64,000 nt of DNA from assembly GCA_951406725.2 (NCBI GenBank), contig OX597819.1, positions 128,030,001 through 128,094,000 on the forward strand. The letters are read 5' to 3'. Numbering within the stretch: the stretch's first letter is position 1; each line of letters starts with the position of its first letter. The notes beneath the pieces were generated by a model. It ran no database searches. It had not been told where the DNA came from and was given only the letters and a program-made list of their open reading frames with translations. The DNA comes from Octopus vulgaris. Lineage: Eukaryota. Below, in pieces: positions 55,034 through 64,000 of this stretch. The position numbers were made by a program, and so were the translations under genes.

Positions 55034-55785
55034 TTCAGTAGTCTTATTTTTATTATGTGCTTTCACTGCACTACCGAGCGCAGCTCTGTGTACCTTGGAT
55101 ATGTGCTGTGGTTTGTTCTGATGCTCTTATTTTTACTGTATTGAAAGTGTTTTATGTGGGATGTGTGCGGTGCCTAGTAGTGCTATTTTCTGTATGTTAT
55201 ATATACTTGTTAGTCCTGATGTTTTTGTTATGTATTTGAATATTTTTTTTATCATACCTAATACACCTACTACGATAGGAATTGTTTCTGTTTTTAGACT
55301 TCACATTCAAGTTACCTCTATTTTGAAAGTTTCTTTTAGAGAACATTGTCCTCTGTTGTTATTGATACATCGATTAGAAAGCATTCTTTTTCTTGATGAT
55401 CTCTGACAACTATATCCGGCCTAAAAGCCTTAATTTCTCTGTGTGTATTAGCATATCACATACTATGGTTGCATTCTCGCTTTCTGTAACCTTTTCTGGC
55501 GTGTGTCTATACCATCTTTTTTCTGTTGATATTCCATATTCTTGGTATAGCTTCCAATCTATATAGATCCCAATTCTATCGTGTCTGTGAATATCTTCCT
55601 TCTTAGTCAGGACTGGGCAGCCAGAGACAATATGATTTATTGTTTCTTGTCCATCTCCACATATTCTGCAGTTTTTTTGGTAATTTCTTGTGGGGAGGCT
55701 TTGTTCTTGTGCTGCAATTAAAAATACTTCACTCTCTACTTTGAGTCCTGAACTTCTCAGCCATTCTTGGGATTTCCCTTTCCCT
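55034..55785 (-). mobile_element. R4/Dong-like LINE fragment (CCHC zinc finger plus RLE), degenerate
   Basis: Minus strand WLRSSGLKVESEVFLIAAQEQSL...CRICGDGQETINHIVSGCPVL...HRHDRI...RPDIV, with frameshifts. Confidence 0.9.
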
Positions 55786-55896
55786 AAATTCTATATATTG
55801 TATATACCAATATTATAATGAAGAAGTGCGGGACTGTGTCCTGTTTATTTTTTTCTCATGTTATTAAAAGAAGTAATATTACTTTGAAGAAATTAT

Positions 55897-56283
55897 GGAT
55901 GGAAGCACTCCGTCGGTTACGACGACGAGGGTTCCGGTTGATCCGAATCAACGGAACAGCCTGCTCGTGAAATTAACGTGTAAGTGGCTGAGCACTCCAC
56001 AGACACGTGCACCCTTAACGTAGTTCTCGGGGATATTCAGCGTGACACAGAGAGTGACAAGGCCGGCCCCTTGAAATACAGATACAACAGAAACAGGAAG
56101 TAAGAGTGAGAGAAAGTTGTGGTGAAAGAGTACAGCAGGGATCACCACCATCCCTGCCGGAGCTTCGTGGAGCTTTAGGTGTTTTCGCTCAATAAACACT
56201 CACAACGCCCGGTCTGGGAATCGAAACCGCGATCCTATGACCGCGAGTCCGCTGCCCTAACCACTGGGCCATTGCGCCTCCAC
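55897..56283 (-). mobile_element. SINE family C, full length, 11-bp TSD
   Basis: Few differences from 44780-45174; TSD gaagaaattat at 55886-55896 and 56284-56294. Confidence 0.93.
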
Positions 56284-56544
56284 GAAGAAATTATAAATGG
56301 ATATTAAAAGTTTTTTAAACTATAAAGTTCATTTGTATATTAAACATAAATTATAATACTCAGTATTACAAGATTCGTTTGTTTTAAAAGTCAACTTCCG
56401 TTTGAATTCCATATGTAAACAAATAGCTTTTTTCGTGTTCGTAAAAAATGTAATAAATCGAAAAAAAAAAGCAAAACGAGTAAATTATTTTTAAAAGTAT
56501 TACGTTGTGCAAAAATAATAATCCCAATGTAATAGAATTAAGTT

Positions 56545-56732
56545 TTCAAAGTGAGTTAGTCTGCAGTCATGTTGGGGTACCATATCATCTCCCAACACAA
56601 TTCTTCGCACATGGTCAGACGTGTGTAGCATTATCAAGAGCGTCAAGAAAAAGAAACATAAAAATATTAACAGAGAGAAATGAAAACAGTCCATTTGCTG
56701 ACAGTTGTGTCTGCAAAGAAATTCTACAGTGA
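56545..56732 (+). mobile_element. Helitron RepHel PIF1-helicase C-terminal remnant
   Basis: VGVPYHLPTQFFAHGQTCVALSRA...NIKIL...CVCKEIL* resembles F.HGQLYVALSR...NVVYKEIL. Confidence 0.8.
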
Positions 56733-57115
56733 TGTGAGTCATTCATTACTCTCTTTTAATTGAAATGCATTGAAGTTTCGTTTTAATTGCTATGAAAGGG
56801 ACACTAGAAACACTTAAGACGTCTGTAAGTGAATATAATGAAACAGTAATATAGCAAAACGCAATTCTTCACATTGGTAAATGTAATTTATTAATTCCCA
56901 CCAGAGAATCTATTTTCAGTTTCACTCAAGTAAAGATTCGTGAACATTTTCCTTCGACAGTTTCACCCCTTTTCCAATTTTCATTATCGTCTTTTTTAAA
57001 TGTATCATGGATTATTTTGTTGATTACAGAATAAATTATAACTGAGTCTTTGTTCAATTCATGAGCATATTGTAAATTTACTCTATAATTTACGTATCAT
57101 ATCTATATGTATATA

Positions 57116-57815
57116 CTAGCAGCTAAGCCCGGTTTCCCCCCGTCGGTTTGGATGATGTGGCTGTAAAACCTGCTCTGTATAAGCATTCGATTTGTTTGGG
57201 CACGCTTACGCTAAGAAACAATTTTAGAATTACCTTTTTTCTGTCAAAACGCTAAAAATAACTGAGCAACAAAAAAAATCAAGATTCAACCAAATCAAAA
57301 AATAAACCCAAATACTAAGCGAGAAAATACGAACCATTCCACTTCCATTACGCGCGCACACGCACACACATACATTCACATACTCCCCTTTTACATACAC
57401 CCACAAATATTCCCACAGTGTTGAAACGCTGTTTGATTTATTTTTTCAGCGTACAATTTTCAACATCACCCCTTCCTTCTTTATTCATCTATCACCCCTT
57501 CCCTTCTCATTCATAAATACAAGTGTATTATTCTAGTAGATGATCTCGGTAACCATGGGAGCTATGAAAAATATGACATCACCCCTTCCTTCCTTATTCC
57601 TCTGTCACTCCTTCCTTTCTCATTCATAAACACAAGAGTATTATTATAGTAGATTATCTCGGTAACCTTGGGAGCTATGAAAAAAATTCAAAGGTCAGCA
57701 ACACCATCGGATCTTTCTATTCATCTGTGTAATTTTTTGTGCAATTCCACCCATCCGTTTCACCGTGAATCCCAAGACAAGAAAGAATCGTCCATGTCAA
57801 ATTCATATGTATAGA
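57116..57815 (-). mobile_element. Non-autonomous Helitron with internal tandem duplication of about 115 bp
   Basis: Minus strand A|TCTATACATAT start and CTAG|T end; GC-rich subterminal segment; repeat units at about 57462-57571 and 57577-57687. Confidence 0.78.
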
Positions 57816-58332
57816 TAATATCAATATGCGCAACACACACACCAGCAGAAAACTGCCCGGAGGACGGTTCTTATGCTAGTAAAGGATAATTCAGTATGTA
57901 TACGCACAGTTGAAGTATTGCTGTAACTATGATCTTCTGGCGAACTGAAGAGCTGCCCTTCTGTGTCTGCATTCATTTGTAAATGTAAAAATAGTACTGT
58001 GAAAATATGTAGCATGCATATTGGTGTAGGCATAGCAAATAATTTATTACACACTAAAATTATTATCATATGATGAAGGCCGCGAAATGACCTCATTCCT
58101 GAGTATATTAAGTGGCTACGCCATAAACTCCATTACAAGCGACGTCGTGGAATTTATCTGAGTGCACAATGTTCTTAATGGTCAGTGATGGTCGTCTCTA
58201 CTCACCGGAGTGCAGCCATCATTAACATGCATGTATGTATGTATGTATATGTGTGATGCATGTTGTCCAATGCCTCTCCTTCCGGACCATGTGTTCCGCT
58301 ACTTTTTTAGGGCTTTATGCACACACACACAC

Positions 58333-58425
<93 letters not shown>

Positions 58426-58763
58426 TATACATATACACACATACGTATATACATACATATACATACATATATATTTCGCTTTATTGTTTATTTTGTTTTA
58501 ACTTAGGGAAATATCTTAACTAGAATTAAGATTTTAAAATTCTGAAATTTTTATGAGTTTACTTAAGGATTAATTAAAGATTTGCAACCATCTGCAGATG
58601 GCGTTCTCCATTTTTAATTTATATATACAAAAATTATATTATATACGTGACTTTTGTTCAAATTACAGTCTATGGATTGTGGGAATTTTAAAAATTAATC
58701 TTTAAAGTTCAATGTATATCAGAATTCTAGCTAGAGCTTTTTCAGTGACCCCCCCCCAATACA

Positions 58764-59300
58764 TAGGTGCAGTCGTGGCTGTGTGAGAAGCTTGCTTCCC
58801 AACTACATGGCTCCGGGTTCAGTCCAACTTGAGCAAGTGTTTTCTACTATAGCCTCGGGCCGACCAAAGCCATTTGAATGGATTTGGTAGACGGAAACTG
58901 GAAGACGTCCGTCGTATATATAACGTAAAAGACTTTTTCACTTCCCGAGCGTTAATACATGTTTGTTGTTTACACATCCATCTTCGTCATTCGCTTTTTT
59001 GTAAATTCTCACTATATGTGTGTGTATGTGTGTGTATGTGTGTGTGTATGTGTGTGTGTGTGTATGTGTGTGTCAGTCTGTCTGTGTGCCCCCCCCCCAA
59101 TCACGGCTTGACAATCGGTGTTGGTGTGCTTACGTTTCCGTAACTTAGCAGTTTGGCCTAAGAGACCAATAGAATAAGTACTAGGCTAAAAAAGTAAGTC
59201 CTGGATTCGATTTGTTCGACTAAAACCCTTCAAGGTGGTGCTCTAGCATGGCCGCAGTGAAATAACTGAAACAAGTAAAAGAATAAAAGAAATAAAAGAA
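58764..59300 (+). mobile_element. SINE family B with nested insert in its internal microsatellite
   Basis: Both SINE halves are present; 58922-59012 matches 7040-7138. Confidence 0.82.
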
Positions 59301-59457
59301 TGAATGTATCTGCACCTGTTTGTATGTAACGATGATGACAGATTTCTTCTCTTTTTTTCGTGTCCGAAGATAATGAGTTATAGAGAAACACCCTCAAACG
59401 GTTATGTAAACCGACCTTTGAGGCTGCATAAATTTTCTTCTTGCAAGTGCTCAATAG

Positions 59458-59718
59458 GGATCTTTTCACTTTGACCGGCAGATTTTTAAAATAATTTCTT
59501 TGTAACTAAACACTTTTAAACTTCGTATACTGGTAGAATGTGTTACATAAAACATCTTTTTCTCTTGGTTTTCTTGAGAAAATTATTGTAGTATGTAAGA
59601 TATTTCTTGTTTAATTTCTTGCATTTCGGCAATTTCAACCAATCAATGACGTCTATTACAATGACGTCTATTACAAAGAAATTATTTTAAAAATCTGCCG
59701 GTCAAAGTGAAAAGATCC
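59458..59718. mobile_element. MITE with about 47-bp perfect TIRs and 8-bp TSD (Merlin-like termini)
   Basis: ggatcttttcactttgaccggcagatttttaaaataatttctttgtaa and its exact complement; ctcaatag at 59450-59457 and 59719-59726. Confidence 0.88.
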
Positions 59719-59895
59719 CTCAATAGTTTTCAAATAAGAGTTAGTCCGCATAAACTGATCCCATTCTTTCTACTTGGGGGTCTATTTTCAGTGGCTCAGC
59801 GGGCTCAGATTGACTGTGCTGACCGGCAAGCCGTAGGTTATACAGCGCTGGAGAGCTCCACCTACCCTAAGTGTGTGTGCATGTGTGTCTGTGTC

Positions 59896-59959
<64 letters not shown>

Positions 59960-60044
59960 GTGTGTGTGTGTGCGTGCGTGTGTGTGTGTGTGTGTATACA
60001 CACAGATAAAAATACTTGAGAAAGCATAACTAGTAAACTACGAA

Positions 60045-60297
60045 ATTATATTTCGTTTTTGGATTTGGTTTGCAAGATTCTTTATATGAGTTCGTGTGTT
60101 GAAGCATATTCTGTTGTGTCTGGGGAGAGTCATTTTCTTCTTGTGCCATATTTTTAGTCAAAACTATTGAAAAGTTTGCAAGAAGCAACGAAAATTTTAG
60201 GACAATAAAAATAAGAAAAAAAGTGGAAATTTTACCGGTGAGTGTGTTACATAATGAGCCACAAAAAGAAAATGACTCTCCCCAGACACAACAGAAT
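60045..60297. mobile_element. Two partial copies in inverted orientation of the family at 1476-1670
   Basis: Inverted arms at 60108-60145 and 60260-60297. Confidence 0.8.
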
Positions 60298-60594
60298 TAT
60301 TGAGATTTTATAAAGCATATAAAGTCTTGTTTCTGACCAGCAGCTGCTAACTTCAGCTAATTTATCATCTAAATCATTCATATTAACAATTTATTTGTGT
60401 CTACCACAATAGTGTAAATAATTGAGTACTTATAACCAATTCGATATTAAGGGTGTTAAGAATACTCCTGTTCCAAACTAAGTATGTAGTACTAATAAAA
60501 AATATGAGATATAAAACATTTTTAATAAAATACGACTTGAAAATATTCGTTTTTTCAATATATTAAGTTAAAAAAGCTGCTGACCTTCTTTCTG

Positions 60595-60637
<43 letters not shown>

Positions 60638-60872
60638 GTCTTTCTTTCTTCATTTATTTATTTATTTATTTATTTATTTCTCTGTCTCTTTCTCTCTCTC
60701 TTACACATACATACATATTTTTGTATAAATGATGTTTGCGCGTGTTTGTGTGTGTGTGTTTATATATGTACAGTGTAAATGTGTGTGTGTACGTGTATGT
60801 GTGGGTGTGTGTAAATATATATACATAAGTGCAGGCTTATCATCATCATCACCATCGTCATCATCATCATCG

Positions 60873-60927
<55 letters not shown>

Positions 60928-60929
60928 TT

Positions 60930-61145
60930 AAGGCAGTGAGCTGGCAGAATCGTTAGCACGCTGGACGAAATGCTTAGCTGTATTTCCCCCTGTTGCTCCG
61001 TTCTGAGTTCAAACTCTGCTGAAGTCGATTTTACCTTTCACCATTTCGAGGTCGATAAAATAAGTACAAGTTGAACACTGGGGTCGATGTAATCGACACA
61101 TCTCCACCTCTTTCAGACTGCTCTTGTGGCAAAAATTTGAAATAA
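60930..61145 (+). mobile_element. SINE related to family A, older
   Basis: gagctggcagaatcgttagcacg head and gtcgataaaataagtac body. Confidence 0.82.
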
Positions 61146-61225
61146 TAATATTATTATTATTGTTGTTGTTGTTCAGAAACCATAAGAGCCACTGCCTGGC
61201 GGTGGTGGTGGTGGTGGTGTTATTA

Positions 61226-61279
<54 letters not shown>

Positions 61280-61284
<5 letters not shown>

Positions 61285-61623
61285 TAGTTTTATTTTTATA
61301 GCGTGCTTTCACTTCACTACCGAGCGCAGCTCTGTGTGCCTTAGGTATGTGCTGTGATTTGTTGTGATGCTCTGATGGTTATTGTATGGAAAGTGTTCTG
61401 CGTAGGATGTGTGCAGTGCCTAGTAGTGCAATTTTCTGTATGTTATATGTGTTTGTAAGTCCTGGTGTTTTTGTTATGTATTTGTCTGAATATTTTTTAT
61501 CATGCCTAATGCACCTACTATGATAGGAATTGTTTCTGTTTTCAGATTCCACATTCTAGTTACCTCTATTTCCAGGTCTTTGTATTTTGAGAGTTTCTCC
61601 ATTTCTTTTAGAGATACGTTATA
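61280..61623 (-). mobile_element. 5'-truncated R4/Dong-like LINE 3' end in (TAA)n
   Basis: Minus strand KEMEKLSKYKDLEIEVTRMWNLKTETIPIIVGALG...IQKIALLGTAHILRRTLSIQ*. Confidence 0.9.
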
Positions 61624-61710
<87 letters not shown>

Positions 61711-62362
61711 TGATCATTTCAATGTTTCAGAGTGACCGGTGGCTTCATCTTACTTGTGAATATTCGAACACTTCGTAGATTCCCCACCAAGATGAAAAGT
61801 TGAACAGACCTATGAAATGTCTACTTTACCATTAACCTGTATTGAGTTCTTTATATCGTAGATATAGCAGTATCAAACACGTCCACCAATGTGTGTGTGC
61901 CAGTGTGTGCGCATGTGTGTATATATGTGTGTATCATGCGTGTATGTGAGTGTATATGTATATAAATGTCCACTAATGTTTGTGTGCGAATGTGTATGCA
62001 TGTGTGTATAATGTGTGTGTATGTGCATATATATTATATACATGTATGTATGTATGAATGTTTAATGAATATCCATGAGAGACGAAACGTAATTATGATG
62101 AACTTTAACGTCGTTTTAATGCGATTATTTTTGAAATATAAATATATAAGGTCAAAGACTTTTATAGAGTACAGTTGAAACTGTAAATAACGGGGGTGTT
62201 GTTTCAATTACGGAATATAATCCACCAAATTCGCATTAAATCTTTATGAGCATAAGTTGGTGTAAACGCTTGCTTAATGTTTAGAACAAGAAACGACAAA
62301 AGAAGGTTAAATATGTAATAAAGGAAAACTAGAAGTAGTGATCATTATAATTTCACAGTACC

Positions 62363-62589
62363 TATTTCTTTACTACCCACAAGGGGCTAAACACAGAGGG
62401 GACAAACAAGGACAGACAAACGGATTAAGTCGATTATATCGACCCCAGTGCGTAACTGGTACTTAATTTATCGACCCCGAAAGGATGAAAGGCAAAGTCG
62501 ACCTCGGCGGAATTTGAACTCAGAACGTAACGGCAGATGAAATACGGCAACGCATTTCGCCCGGCGTGCTAACGTTTCTGCCAACTCGC
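62363..62589 (-). mobile_element. SINE family A with 9-bp TSD
   Basis: TSD cacagtacc at 62354-62362 and 62590-62598. Confidence 0.9.
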
Positions 62590-63046
62590 CACAGTACCGT
62601 CAGCGCATCGGTTTGCGCCATCAAGTTTACTGCACTTTACATTCTGCGCTCAAATCCTGTTGGGCTCAACTTTGAATTCCAACCGCCTTGGTATCAGTTC
62701 GTTCAATACTACTACATATTCGTGAAATAACCGTGTAAGTGGCAAAGCATTTTACCGACGTGTCTGCGTCAACATAATTCTCCACCCTAATCAGCGTGAC
62801 ACAAAGTGTGACATCACTCGATATTTCACTTCGCGGTTGAGCTCATGTGATAGGCTTCTACAGACTTTTGATCTACCAAGTTTCAAACAGACATAAGCTT
62901 TGAGTCATCCGGAAACTCCAAGGTTGCAGTTGAAATAGCCTGTCTTCGTGCATATTCTGTATTCTTATGGGGAAAACGTGTGGAAACAGTCTTGGGGCGT
63001 TCTATGGGACGACCTACATGAGATAATACATACATACATACATACA

Positions 63047-63125
<79 letters not shown>

Positions 63126-63179
63126 TAAAAACACAAGATAAATATATATAGAATAAAAAAAACAAATAAAATATGTCCC

Positions 63180-64000
63180 GTAAATGATGTCCTATCTGAA
63201 TCTCAATGTGGCTTCCGATCTGGTAGAGGGACAATGGATATGATTTTCACAGCAAGACAGATGCAGAAGGAGTGCTATGAGCAGAATATGGATCTTGTCC
63301 AGGTATTCATTGATTTAACTAAGGCCTTTTCTATGGAAAATACTTGTCAAACTTGGATGTCCGGATCACTTTGTATCTATAATTAAATCATTTCATGATG
63401 GGATGGAGGCTTGGGTCAATGCTGGTGGTGCCATGGCGGGACCCATTCCTGTAGAGAATGGTGTCAAGCAGGGTGACATCCTTGCCCCAACTCTCTTTTC
63501 TTTGTACTTTGCTGCTGCTTTTACTCATGCTTTTGCTAAGGTTAGCTCTCTGGGAATATATGTCAGATATCGATCTTCTGGGCGCCTCTTTAATCTTCGC
63601 CGATTTGCTGCCGATTCAAAGGTTCCCCAGTCTATTATTCGTGACCTCCGTTATGCAGATGACTGTGACTTAGTCACTCATACAGTGGATGACATGCAAA
63701 TACTCATGAATTGCATTTCTGCTTCTTGCAGGGCATTTGGACTCAGCATTAGCCTGGACAAGACTGTCGTAATGTTCCAGCCTGCACCAGGAATTCCACA
63801 TATAGAACCAGCTATCTTGGTTGAAGGAACAATTCTGAAGGTAGTAGACAAGTTTGTCTACCTGGGCAGCACACTCAGCTGTTCTTGCTCCCTGGATGAA
63901 GAAATATCTTTCAGGTTGCAGAGAGCAACTAATTCCTTCCGGTCTCTTCAATCTCGCGTATGGTACCAACATGGCATCGCAAGGAGAACAAAAGTTGCTG
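63180..64000 (+). mobile_element. RTE-clade LINE reverse transcriptase, 5'-truncated, runs off the window
   Basis: ESQCGFRSGRGTMDMIFTARQMQ..FIDLTKAF, then a small deletion/frameshift at 63330, then stop-free frame 63331-64000 with GVKQGDILAPTLF, YADD (63652-63663) and FVYLGS. Confidence 0.96.

Noticed and set aside
63458-63972. ORFs 63458-63673(+) and 63670-63972(-)
   Set aside because: Shadow frames of the RTE reverse transcriptase.

Overview
AT-rich eukaryotic non-coding DNA, very rich in microsatellites ((TA)n, (CA)n, (TACA)n, (TAA)n, (GAT)n). Repeat content suggests a coleoid cephalopod, probably Octopus (inference, no database search). I could not support any host protein-coding exon; almost all supplied ORFs are microsatellite translations. 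Recognisable content: at least four SINE families (some with target-site duplications), two non-autonomous Helitrons plus a PIF1-helicase remnant, two mariner relics, a MITE with an 8-bp TSD, R4/Dong-type RLE-LINE fragments in (TAA)n, and an RTE-clade reverse transcriptase running off the right edge that the ORF track missed. The most interesting layer is a set of short, mutually dissimilar islands between microsatellites that carry hammerhead-ribozyme (HHR) motifs, mostly the minimal palindromic-stem-III type known from Penelope-like elements, some within inverted repeats. One family (10196-10277, partial copies near 6.9 kb and 35.0 kb) has all HHR core nucleotides in register but with the strands in an order that is not type I, II or III, a candidate pseudoknotted hammerhead. 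All structures were read by eye and none was tested.
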